Part shown: in pieces, positions 1 to 8,602 of the stretch
Layout of the letters: each line of letters begins with the position of its first letter
Numbering within the stretch: the first letter of the stretch is position 1
From: Fibrobacterales bacterium
GTDB taxonomy: Bacteria > Fibrobacterota > Fibrobacteria > Fibrobacterales > JAOPTW01
Assembly (NCBI GenBank): GCA_051532055.1
Contig: JAOPTX010000074.1
Span: 1-11,355 of the forward strand
Direction of reading: 5' to 3'
Length of the DNA: 11,355 bases
The notes under the pieces: model-generated
Told to the model about the DNA's origin: nothing
Database searches by the model: none
Seen by the model: only the letters and a program-made list of their open reading frames with translations
Program-made: the position numbers and the translations under genes

Positions 1-1
1 T

Positions 2-2665
2 ATCATTATAGCTTGTCTCAATTGCTTTAATTAATTGGGCTACTTTTTCATTTTTCTTTTCAACTACTTTATCCCACCACATAACGAGTGCATCAACGCC
101 ATCTTCAACCATATCGACCACATCATCACACGCTTCTTCAATTTTCATCAGTACAAATTCAGAACCATCCTGCATTGCTTCTATGCTGGTTACTGCAATA
201 TCAGTAAGTAGTTGTATTTGAGCCCGTACTATGAGTTGGTACACATCTCCGGTAATTTCTGCAATATACCGAAAATTGACGTTATTATAAATGTGCATAA
301 CAAAATAATAGGCCTCTTTAAAGGCTAATTCAAACCCATACCCCACAGACCCCCCAACTTTTAGGGTAACACCTGCTTTGAATTTTACTTGTACGCCATT
401 AAGGCCGAGTTGCACTTTAAGAGTAAGATTGGCGCCAATTCCTATACTGCCCTCTGCAAGCATATACAATTTACCTATGCTTTTCCATTTTTCGTCTGCA
501 GCCCAGTTAAATGTTTTGTTCCATTGAAACTGTCTGTAAATTTGTGCGGTACCTTTTATGCCCGCAAAGGCTTCTGCAGTAACATCAACTGAAGCAGGAA
601 AAGTATCACCCTCTTTGACGCCTTTACTTTTCGCGGTTTTCTCAGTTTCTTTAATGGTGTGGCCACCAGGTTTTGATGCTTTACCCATGGTTGTTTCAGG
701 TGAGGGGGGCATTGCTAATGCTTCTTGAAGTACATTTTTAGATTTAGGGATACCGATTTGTGCTTTCCCTTTAACACTTATTGATGCACCGACGGTTACT
801 CCGAGTGATAATCCAAATTCAAACCGAATTTTTAGGTTTCCTGTGGCAAATGCAGGGGGTTTTGGTGGTGTGATTTCCGTGACTTCTGGTCCTGCAAGTT
901 CAAACTCTATCCGTCGGTTTTCGAGATTGACTTTGTCGTCTTGAAACGCATCAACTTTAGGACTTGTTTCACCCCAAGCCTCTGTAGGGCGGGATAGGTG
1001 AAATTCAATATCTATACTTTTTGTTGCATCATAATCAAAATAGGTCATGGATGACCAGATATTTCCTTTGGCAGCGGTGTACATGGTGCCAGGAGTCCAG
1101 CGACTCAACTTTTCACACAGTTTGTCACGGTAGAGGTTAAAGACAATTTTCCAGAAGTCTTCATCAGCCTCGTTGTTTTCATTCACCATGGGTACGACTA
1201 AGAGCGGGCCGGGCAAGAGATTATTTTGTTTATAATATTTTTCATTATAATCCCTTTTCAGGTTTATTATTGCATCCTTAGTTTTTTGGCCCATTGTATT
1301 GTCGGCTTCGCCAGGGTGGTAGTCGCCATCAAACCATTTACATAGAGCAATAAGAGACTCCTGACAGTCATCCACACGACTTTTTTCGGTGGCAATTGAG
1401 GTCCAGGCGTCAACATTACCCTCGATGAGGGCTTTAACACAATCAGCACGTTTTTGTGAAAGAGCCTTATTGTAGGCTGCTGGGCCACTTCTATCAGTGT
1501 GTCCATGAATTACGAGCTTTCGGTCAAGGCCAGATTGTTGGTAACTTCTGTAGGCGGTTACCATTTTTACGATAGCGTCTATACAATTACCGGCTTCTGG
1601 GCTTATGGCGGGTACTGCTGAATCCAGATTAAATTTTATATTGTCAGTGAGTACTACATCTGACCATTTCTTTTGTTCTTCCAAGTAATTAGTGAGATTT
1701 TTCTTTAACTCTGCTGCGGTTTTTTGAGATTGTCTCAATAAATCAAAGAGATCAAACCCTTCTTCTACAGGCAGAAAGAACTTGGCGGTAAATTCATCTT
1801 CAATGAGGTTGTAGCCTACTTCACCACCACCTTCAAAACTCGCATTCATCTCCTTAACATTGATTTCGCCTTTAGCACTTGCTTTGGCAAAATAGCGACA
1901 CGTTTGTGCTTTGTTTGAAATGCGGTACCCACTACCGGTTTGCCCTTTATTGAAGTCACTTATAAACGCAAATTTCATTGGCCAATACTGAGAGTCATCT
2001 GTATCAGGGTTGCCGTCATCAAAAGGGTTCCACTCTTTGAGGTCAAACGCAATCTTCGCATCAAGGTTGAAACCATGGGCTTCTGATTCACGTTCTGAAC
2101 CTAGATTCTTTTTATTTTCAATGGTGAGCTTTAATGAGTCAATAATGCGTTTGCTTACACAGTCTTCACCTTCCTCGGCTTTTTCTTCCTTTACTTTCAG
2201 TATGGCAATATCGGCAAGCTCTGTATCTCGGACATACACCATGGTCTCAAAGCCGCGTTCTTTCCAGATAGGATGCTTTTTGAGGAGTACGAGTTCAACA
2301 ATTTTGGTATCTTCATTAGGAAATAAACGATTAACAAGGGAATCGGCATTCTTTGCTGCATCTTCTACTTGTTCATGAGGTTTTTTGTTTTTTATACTTT
2401 CACGATCAGCGAGTATGTCTTTATGAAATTCTTCCATGGCTTCAACTTCATTAAGGAACGCATCGCGGACGTCAGTTTCGGAGTCTTCAAAAACCCAGTA
2501 CTCTTTGTCACCGGGGCAATAGAAAATCATTGATTTGTCGGTACTGACGGTAATAGATTGCTGATGTTGGTTTTGGGGACCGGTTTTCGTTATCTTTATA
2601 CCATCAGTTACCAGTTTGCCCTGTGATACATATTGAGTGTTTGAATCTTGTGCTGCTGTAGTCAT
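2..2665 (-). CDS. Large protein (>=888 aa, 3' end beyond the window) with an internal OmpA-like domain, a degenerate PG-binding insert and Gly-rich beta-strand regions; possible secretion-system effector
   Basis: Manual translation: ATG at 2665 (MTTAAQDSNTQYVSQGKLV...) stays open to position 2 (...KAIETSYND). It has no stop in the window, which explains its absence from the ORF track. Motifs: KFNLDSAVP, VIHGHTDRSGPAAYNKALSQKRADCVKALI (GHTD 1493-1504), PGEADNTMGQKTKDAI, AWGETSP, NRRIEF (NRRIE 906-920). Starts 24 nt downstream of the 2690-4183 gene. Confidence 0.9.
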   Translation of the reverse strand, partial: MTTAAQDSNTQYVSQGKLVTDGIKITKTGPQNQHQQSITVSTDKSMIFYCPGDKEYWVFEDSETDVRDAFLNEVEAMEEFHKDILADRESIKNKKPHEQVEDAAKNADSLVNRLFPNEDTKIVELVLLKKHPIWKERGFETMVYVRDTELADIAILKVKEEKAEEGEDCVSKRIIDSLKLTIENKKNLGSERESEAHGFNLDAKIAFDLKEWNPFDDGNPDTDDSQYWPMKFAFISDFNKGQTGSGYRISNKAQTCRYFAKASAKGEINVKEMNASFEGGGEVGYNLIEDEFTAKFFLPVEEGFDLFDLLRQSQKTAAELKKNLTNYLEEQKKWSDVVLTDNIKFNLDSAVPAISPEAGNCIDAIVKMVTAYRSYQQSGLDRKLVIHGHTDRSGPAAYNKALSQKRADCVKALIEGNVDAWTSIATEKSRVDDCQESLIALCKWFDGDYHPGEADNTMGQKTKDAIINLKRDYNEKYYKQNNLLPGPLLVVPMVNENNEADEDFWKIVFNLYRDKLCEKLSRWTPGTMYTAAKGNIWSSMTYFDYDATKSIDIEFHLSRPTEAWGETSPKVDAFQDDKVNLENRRIEFELAGPEVTEITPPKPPAFATGNLKIRFEFGLSLGVTVGASISVKGKAQIGIPKSKNVLQEALAMPPSPETTMGKASKPGGHTIKETEKTAKSKGVKEGDTFPASVDVTAEAFAGIKGTAQIYRQFQWNKTFNWAADEKWKSIGKLYMLAEGSIGIGANLTLKVQLGLNGVQVKFKAGVTLKVGGSVGYGFELAFKEAYYFVMHIYNNVNFRYIAEITGDVYQLIVRAQIQLLTDIAVTSIEAMQDGSEFVLMKIEEACDDVVDMVEDGVDALVMWWDKVVEKKNEKVAQLIKAIETSYND

Positions 2666-2689
2666 AGTTTATCTCAAAGTATTTAAAAG

Positions 2690-4183
2690 TTACCCTTGTT
2701 CTACAAGGAAAAAGTCAAGTTCAGTGTGTGCACCAATGGCGATAGATGCTTTACCTTCATCATCCAGTTCGCCGGTAAGTTCAGAATTATCAGGGAGCAC
2801 TATCTTATAGGCATGCCCTACAAGAGCTGCATCATGTTGATCGGTAAGGAAGACATCGAGATAATTCTCGCCGTCACGGGTTACAATTGCCAGATGGACA
2901 ATGTCAGAAATATCCTGATTATAGCTGTCAAATGCTTCTATGTCTATTTGTGGCGCAGCTGCAGGTATTGTGGGTGGATTAGGTCGGTCGTGGAAATGGA
3001 TTTCAACACGGCGATTACTTTCTGACTCAAATCCATCTAAACCAATCTGATCGATGGGGCAGGATTCACCACAGGCCATAATACCTTCATTATCGGCAAA
3101 AAACCGCGGCGTTATTCTGGTGGGATCTGCTTCTGACGCCACAAGAGCGAGTTCATACAGGGTATGAGCAAATGCTCCCCACGTTGCCGGTCCAATAAGC
3201 CCATCTTCGGTAAGTGATCCTGAGTAGTGAGTGTTATACTCTTCTTGAAAGCTTTTTACACCCGCCTGAGTATTTTCTCCATCGGCTCCATCGACTGTTC
3301 CAGGATCGCAATTCCAACCATATGAAGCTGCCAATGATTGTAATATCGTTTGATAATCAGTGACAGTGCTGTGGCCTTCAATTGCACTTGTCCATATATC
3401 CTGATCATTCGATATGAGTGCTTTAACTGCTTGTGCTCTTTTTTCTGAGAGTGCAAGGTTATGATCGGGCTCACCACTGGTATCAGTATGACCGAAACAT
3501 ACTATTTCTTTATCGGGAAATTCGCTCATATGTTTAAATGCAGCGCTCAAAGCGGATACGACACTTCCTGTTGTATCGAGGCATGGCACAGCACTGTTTA
3601 GGTTAAATACAGAGTCAAGAACTTCCACTATCTCAATTAGTAGTGTTGCATTAGGGAGTTCTATTGCCTCGCTCGCTATTTCGGTACCATCATCATCACA
3701 TGTGGCGATAAAGGTATAAGAGACCTTATCAGCAGCTGTTTTGTTTTCGGTGAAATAAAAGCCTTGGTGTTGAGCGAGTGGTATACAGGCTGTAGCGATA
3801 CCATTTTCGGGGGTAACTGAAATAGGCGAACCGCGTTCCTCTTCATCATTATAGCGCGCAACCATTGTGAGTACAATGCCAGGAGTACGATCAGTGAGAT
3901 AGTTCACTTCTACAGACACCTCTGATTCTTCATCAATGCGTGCAGCTTCTGAATCGCTAAAAACTGGATTGGTAAAAGAAACCAACTGTTCTTGAACCGC
4001 TTCCTCTTCTTCAGGCTCCTGGTCAGTCTCTTCTTCAATTGGTTCTTCTTCCTGAACTGTGGCACTGGTGCTAGAGCTAAAATATCCACCACCACCTGAT
4101 TTCTGACTATAACGGTGGTCATTATTAAAAGTATCGTCAAGTTTTGAGTGGTCTAAACGGTTTTTTGAATCTGAAAATATCAT
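2690..4183 (-). CDS. OmpA-like domain protein with an inserted peptidoglycan-binding (PG_binding_1-like) domain, acidic N-terminal linker and short C-terminal beta domain
   Basis: 497 aa ORF. Motifs: FNLNSAVP, CFGHTDTSGEPDHNLALSEKRAQAVK (GHTD 3482-3493), DPGTVDGADGENTQAGVKSFQ...LTEDGLIGPATW (PG-binding signature), ACGESCP, NRRVEI (NRRVE 3002-3016), and C-terminal YKIVLPDNSELTGELDDEGKASI. No signal peptide seen. Confidence 0.9.
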   Translation of the reverse strand: MIFSDSKNRLDHSKLDDTFNNDHRYSQKSGGGGYFSSSTSATVQEEEPIEEETDQEPEEEEAVQEQLVSFTNPVFSDSEAARIDEESEVSVEVNYLTDRTPGIVLTMVARYNDEEERGSPISVTPENGIATACIPLAQHQGFYFTENKTAADKVSYTFIATCDDDGTEIASEAIELPNATLLIEIVEVLDSVFNLNSAVPCLDTTGSVVSALSAAFKHMSEFPDKEIVCFGHTDTSGEPDHNLALSEKRAQAVKALISNDQDIWTSAIEGHSTVTDYQTILQSLAASYGWNCDPGTVDGADGENTQAGVKSFQEEYNTHYSGSLTEDGLIGPATWGAFAHTLYELALVASEADPTRITPRFFADNEGIMACGESCPIDQIGLDGFESESNRRVEIHFHDRPNPPTIPAAAPQIDIEAFDSYNQDISDIVHLAIVTRDGENYLDVFLTDQHDAALVGHAYKIVLPDNSELTGELDDEGKASIAIGAHTELDFFLVEQG

Positions 4184-4462
4184 AGGGGGAAATCATTTTT
4201 AATAATTAATGACCGAATAGATAAATAATTTTAGAAGGCTAATTGCTTTTGTAACATAATCTTTACTAAAATAGTTCTTACCAGCTGATACTCTATCACA
4301 GCTGGCTGTTGGACTCATTGCAATAACGGGGAGGTCACTATATATAGCAGTGTTCAGAGCGATTTGATGTTGTGAATTTGTATACAGTTGCTGTCCTCTT
4401 ATATGAGGGTGTCAGGAATGGTGTGCAAAACCGCCAGTGATATACTACACCCATTTGGCCAC

Positions 4463-4496
4463 AAAAAAGGTTACCCCCCGCTGGAAGTAACCTTTT
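4463..4496 (-). terminator. Rho-independent terminator-like hairpin, best on the minus strand
   Basis: AAAAGGTTAC (4465-4474) and GTAACCTTTT (4487-4496) form a perfect inverted repeat. On the minus strand the stem extends with G-U pairs and is followed by T6. Confidence 0.55.
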
Positions 4497-4677
4497 ATAC
4501 ATCTATTAGAGAAAGAGGGTACTGTTATTCAACAATACTGATATCCCATTGTTGATTTTCACCAGTATGTTGCGGTAGGAAATGAAAAAATATGAGTGTA
4601 ATTGCCTCATTTTGTCCGCAAATGTAATTTTCAATATAAGTTTAAGGCACACATACATACTGCTTTTGGGGACACGA

Positions 4678-6315
4678 ATGCATCAATTGTTAATACCGCG
4701 TATAGTCGCTGTTGTTTTTATTTCTATTTCACTTTTTCATTGCTCAACTGCTCTTGATGGAGATGATGCATCTCTGGTGAGTTCATCTACTGATGTTTCG
4801 GACTGCTCTTATGACTTTATATCGTATAGTCATTTATTGGGCGATGTTATTTCGAGCAGTGATGAGATGAGTAGTGAGTTAAGTTTTGATGAAGCATATT
4901 CTAGTAACGCTTTTGAAAATGAGGAGTTAAGTAGTTCTCTGGTGCTTCTTTCGTCTTCCTCAGAGATGGTAAGTAGTAGTGCGGTGAGTTCCTCTATAGG
5001 GCCATCAAGTAGCTCCCTGGTAGTTCTTTCATCTTCCTCAGAGATGGTAAGTAGTAGTGAGCCTGTAATGGTCTCTATGGTGCCTCCCCGGAGTTTTGTA
5101 GCAGATCAGCCGGGCAATATAAAAAATCAGGTCAGGGCGCAGCATCGTGCTTTTGATCAAACGCCGTTACAGTCAACGGGGTATTATGTGTTGGCCGGGG
5201 ATGTTATTACCGCTTCATACTCTTATACAGGGAGTGAGCCTACGGTGACTCCTCAGGTACTTATCCATGATATTTCTAATGAGAATGCTCTGTATACCAA
5301 TGAAGAATTTGTAACACTCTCTCAAGAGGGGACAACGGTTACTGCGGCTTATGATGGCATAGTCTATTTCTGTCTGTTTAATGAGCCTACTGATGGTGAG
5401 ATAACCTTAAACCTTGAGTCTGGCGGTAGGATTATGCCACGGTTTGTGTATAACTATCACCGTAATGAACATCTTGATACCATGATGGTTGAACATGCAG
5501 AGGCTCCTTGGGTTGAACTCGTGGGGAATTCTGCAATGGTCACGGCGACTATGGGGAGTTCGGTAACTCATATTGATGATCCAACTCATCTTATGGCTCT
5601 GTATGATACGATTATCGCGGCAGGTCAGGAGCAATACGGTATAAGCGAGGGTAAGGCCTATCCCCATGATCCAGTGAAACACAAATTTCATTTTGTAGAA
5701 ATTGCTCCTACTTCGAGCTATTATATGTTTTCATGGTTTTATCGTATGACTGCGAAACATACTGCCATTGAAAATTACCTCAATGCTGAATATATGAGAA
5801 CCAAAGCGTGGGGGATGTGGCACGAGTTTGGACATCAACTTCAAATGAAAACCTGGACATGGGAAGATCAAGTTGAGGTGACCGTAAATATTACTTCGGC
5901 CTATATTGAACAGTTATTAGGAAATGATTCACGATTTGAGAAGGATGGTCACTACGAAACAGTCTTTAATTATTTCAATCAAGGGAGTAAAAACTATCAG
6001 GATCTCGAGTTATTCCCTCGGGCCATTATGTTTTGGCAGTTGCGCCTCACTTTTGGAGACCCGTTTTATAAAACTATGGGCATGAATTATCGTAATTATG
6101 GTTTGGGTCCTTGGGATTATTCTGAGTCTGAGAAAAAACAGCAGTTCATTATTGAGGCAAGCCGTGTAGCAGGGTATGACCTTACGCCTTTCTTTGAACA
6201 GTGGGGTATTCCGGTTGAGTGGGCTACCAAGGCGACTTTAGCAGGTATGTCTCTGAAGGTATTAAGTGATCCTATTTGGCAAAATCGGGATACGAATATT
6301 TTGTATGTGTTGTAG
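4678..6315 (+). CDS. Lipoprotein M60-like (enhancin-related) zinc metallopeptidase with a Ser-rich linker
   Basis: WGMWHEFGHQLQ...WTWEDQVEVTVNI (HEFGH 5821-5835) fits the HExxH...E pattern of M60-like peptidases; N-terminal QSTGYY, APWVEL and C-terminal DLTPFFEQWG also fit. ATG 4678 is preferred over 4582 because GGGGA precedes it and it gives a lipoprotein-type signal (MHQLLIPRIVAVVFISISLFH-C). Confidence 0.85.
   Translation: MHQLLIPRIVAVVFISISLFHCSTALDGDDASLVSSSTDVSDCSYDFISYSHLLGDVISSSDEMSSELSFDEAYSSNAFENEELSSSLVLLSSSSEMVSSSAVSSSIGPSSSSLVVLSSSSEMVSSSEPVMVSMVPPRSFVADQPGNIKNQVRAQHRAFDQTPLQSTGYYVLAGDVITASYSYTGSEPTVTPQVLIHDISNENALYTNEEFVTLSQEGTTVTAAYDGIVYFCLFNEPTDGEITLNLESGGRIMPRFVYNYHRNEHLDTMMVEHAEAPWVELVGNSAMVTATMGSSVTHIDDPTHLMALYDTIIAAGQEQYGISEGKAYPHDPVKHKFHFVEIAPTSSYYMFSWFYRMTAKHTAIENYLNAEYMRTKAWGMWHEFGHQLQMKTWTWEDQVEVTVNITSAYIEQLLGNDSRFEKDGHYETVFNYFNQGSKNYQDLELFPRAIMFWQLRLTFGDPFYKTMGMNYRNYGLGPWDYSESEKKQQFIIEASRVAGYDLTPFFEQWGIPVEWATKATLAGMSLKVLSDPIWQNRDTNILYVL
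4929..5059 (+). repeat. Intragenic 53-bp direct repeat (period 78 bp) encoding the Ser-rich linker
   Basis: 4929-4981 vs 5007-5059 are 48/53 identical; both encode SSSLV[LV]LSSSSEMVSSS. Confidence 0.9.
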
Positions 6316-6498
6316 TGGGGAATGATACTGTAATGATTATACGCATTTGAGACGCTTTGGTTTGCTCTTGGGCTATCTTCCTCGTTACTTTAATGCTCAC
6401 AAATAGAGAGCGCTATAATAAAGCCGTTTAATAATACAAAACAAGTGTACTGTCATATTCATATCTTATGAGTAACAGATAAGTAATGGAAGTGCTGT

Positions 6499-7716
6499 AT
6501 GTATAAGTTGTATATGTTGATTGTTTTTGTTCTCTTTCTCGGGTGCAATGGTGTGATAGATTCAGAGGTGGCTAATGAGTCGAGTGCCCAAAGAGGTTCA
6601 TCTGATAGTGAGGTGTTGGAAAAAGAAGTTGATAATGACATTGATGACAATTGTCGTGCATTTGATGTTGATGGTATTACTAAAGATGGGTACTGTTTTG
6701 ACAAATATCGATATGACTATGAAGATGATGATGTTCTGGGGTATGCCTTTACGGGAACTTCTTGCGATAAGGTGTACGGGTGTGAATGTGAGGGGAAGGA
6801 TTGCGATAAGCTATTTGAGAGTAAAGTAGCGTGTTTAAAAGAGTATCAAGGTGATTGTTACGACTCTTTTGAACGGGAATTTTGCATCCATAATGATAGA
6901 GATTATAACGTAGATCAAGTGATTAAATCAAATCATCGGTGTGCTGCAGATCTCTATTGTGATGAAGGTGGTGTCGTTAAGGAGTTGGATGATGTGGAGC
7001 CTTGTGTTACCTGTACCAATCCTGATGGACAAGAGTTTGCAATTGGAGCAAAATATACTGATAATTGTGTTATCTATACCTGCAATGATTCTGGTGAGTG
7101 GAATTCTGAAGAATTAGAACAACCAGTCTGTGGTCTCGATGGTGTTGAATATAAAAATAGCTGCTCTTTGGATTCACCGGCCCTCTATAAAGGCGCTTGT
7201 CAGTCAGAGATTAAGTTCACCGATTTACATTCTGTTAAGATCTATCACTTTGATGGTTCGGTACTATCATCTATTGAAGAAACAAATTCGAATAGGTCGA
7301 TAATAGCTCTAAAACAATCGGTGAGTGTGCAAATGCCACAATGTGAATATATTCAAACCCTTGAGTATGAATTTAACCATAAAGAGCGGGGGGTTACGGT
7401 AACCCTTGCAGAGGAATGTGAAGAAGACTCGGACTATAATGGTGAGGGTGGCTGGTCTACTTTTGATCAGTATGGTGCAGATGTCTATGAACGTTTTGTA
7501 AAGGCTTATGAGTGGGAATCTTTATTTTACTACAATACAAACTGTGATAACGATCTTGAATGTGTAAATAAAAATAGTGAATCTTTTGTTTTTTCCTTTA
7601 ACACTCACTCATCGTATGTGACTATTAATGCTGGATACAAGTTACATCAAAGTATGGTATTGCTTGGTGATCCCTTTTTAGATCTTTTTAATGAGTATCG
7701 AAAAGATCATAAATGA
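6499..7716 (+). CDS. Cys-rich lipoprotein with a Kazal-like motif
   Basis: 405 aa. Signal MYKLYMLIVFVLFLG-C, many Cys, and PVCGLDGVEYKNSC...YKGAC (7123-7200), which resembles the Kazal core PVCGxDGxTYxNxC. Confidence 0.8.
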   Translation: MYKLYMLIVFVLFLGCNGVIDSEVANESSAQRGSSDSEVLEKEVDNDIDDNCRAFDVDGITKDGYCFDKYRYDYEDDDVLGYAFTGTSCDKVYGCECEGKDCDKLFESKVACLKEYQGDCYDSFEREFCIHNDRDYNVDQVIKSNHRCAADLYCDEGGVVKELDDVEPCVTCTNPDGQEFAIGAKYTDNCVIYTCNDSGEWNSEELEQPVCGLDGVEYKNSCSLDSPALYKGACQSEIKFTDLHSVKIYHFDGSVLSSIEETNSNRSIIALKQSVSVQMPQCEYIQTLEYEFNHKERGVTVTLAEECEEDSDYNGEGGWSTFDQYGADVYERFVKAYEWESLFYYNTNCDNDLECVNKNSESFVFSFNTHSSYVTINAGYKLHQSMVLLGDPFLDLFNEYRKDHK

Positions 7717-7799
7717 TCCAAGTTTAATAATTCATATGAAGTATTTTCTGAATATGTCCGAAGCCATTTGGTATAAAGAACCTTCATTTCTTCTGGTAC
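7707..7799 (-). pseudogene. Possible remnant of an integron-integrase N-terminal segment
   Basis: The minus frame reads VPEEMKVLYTKWLRTY (7799-7752) then stops at 7709-7707. This recalls the IPxxxxxxYxKWLRYY N-terminal extension I remember from some long integron integrases (unverified). It lies upstream of and opposite to the attI-like site, the canonical intI position. No catalytic motifs are present. Confidence 0.3.
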
Positions 7800-8027
7800 T
7801 TTTGAGCCGCTTTTTGTTGCAGTAGTATAAATGAAAATAGATAGAGTGCCCAATATACAAGCTGTCTTAACTTCATCGTGCCCCTCTATACCTATGAATT
7901 CCGGGAAGGGCTCAAGTCGTGTTGATGATGAGCGTGATATTATAAGCTTTTTGTGGGAATTTGATACTCTAGAATTATATATGGTGGTATGTGCTGGTGA
8001 AATTGGTACTTTGTATGGTATAAGCTC

Positions 8028-8052
8028 ACCTTCTGTATATTAAGAGTTAACT
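8028..8052 (+). other. attI-like recombination site 1 (start of mini-array A)
   Basis: ACCTTCTGTATATTAAGAG|TTAACT. GTTAACTGC (8046-8054) is the exact complement of GCAGTTAAC (8601-8609) at the start of the next attC. No upstream attC left arm is visible. 21/22 identical to 10481-10502. Confidence 0.7.
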
Positions 8053-8062
8053 GCGACCTAGA

Positions 8063-8584
8063 ATGAAAATCACACTCCAAGTAATTATTTTTCTTTCCAC
8101 TGTAATAATAGGCTGTTCCACTCAAATGGATGATCATAACCCAGAACCAACACCATGTAAAACTGGGCAAATATCTCATTTTCCAGAATTACTTGGGTGT
8201 TGGCATGCTCTGGATACTTTATACAACTATACGGATTCCTTACACTCATATGAATATTGTCAAACCTTGTGTTATTGCTCAGATAATTCTATGTACGAAC
8301 AATCTCCAATGGTTAATGATACAGGGATAGTTATGCAGGTATTAAGTTCTGGCTACATTGACTCCATATCCCAAAATTCATACTTATATAATTACACAAG
8401 AAATTTAACAATCAAAAATACTAGTCCTGACACGTTATATCAAGACACAACACAGTTTCAAATTACCAATACTGCCTTAACATTGCATACAAAACGAACA
8501 ACTTATTATCAACAGAACAACTTTTCAAGTCCTCTTTGCGAAGATCCAAACACATTTTTCGACAAAAATTTCAATACTAATTAA
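8063..8584 (+). CDS. Cassette 1: hypothetical lipoprotein
   Basis: 173 aa with signal MKITLQVIIFLSTVIIG-C; bounded by GTTAACT (8046) and attC1. Confidence 0.8.
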   Translation: MKITLQVIIFLSTVIIGCSTQMDDHNPEPTPCKTGQISHFPELLGCWHALDTLYNYTDSLHSYEYCQTLCYCSDNSMYEQSPMVNDTGIVMQVLSSGYIDSISQNSYLYNYTRNLTIKNTSPDTLYQDTTQFQITNTALTLHTKRTTYYQQNNFSSPLCEDPNTFFDKNFNTN

Positions 8585-8602
8585 GAAGACGGAAACTGCA
8601 GC

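Noticed and set aside
389..2378. Track ORFs 389-592(+), 1267-1506(-), 2010-2378(+)
   Set aside because: Shadow or alternate-frame ORFs inside the long minus-strand gene 2-2665.
2696..4140. Track ORFs 2696-3025, 3256-3477, 3676-3876, 3910-4140
   Set aside because: Nested in the 497-aa OmpA-like gene with no recognisable motifs.
4414..4452. Fluoride-riboswitch-like GGAATGGTGT...AAACCGCC...TGAT
   Set aside because: The pseudoknot pairing and GCTRATGAC element are not matched, and no fluoride-related gene lies downstream.
4582..4677. Upstream start for the M60-like peptidase
   Set aside because: It adds 32 residues ahead of a clear lipoprotein signal; ATG 4678 is more plausible.
5407..6829. 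Track ORFs 5407-5691, 6459-6704, 6575-6829
   Set aside because: Overlap better-supported lipoprotein genes.
7868..7887. TAACTTCATCGTGCCCCTCT as a third copy of the terminal R motif
   Set aside because: Weak similarity only; lacks CCAAGTCA.GTAAAAAA and no matching cassette start is seen upstream.
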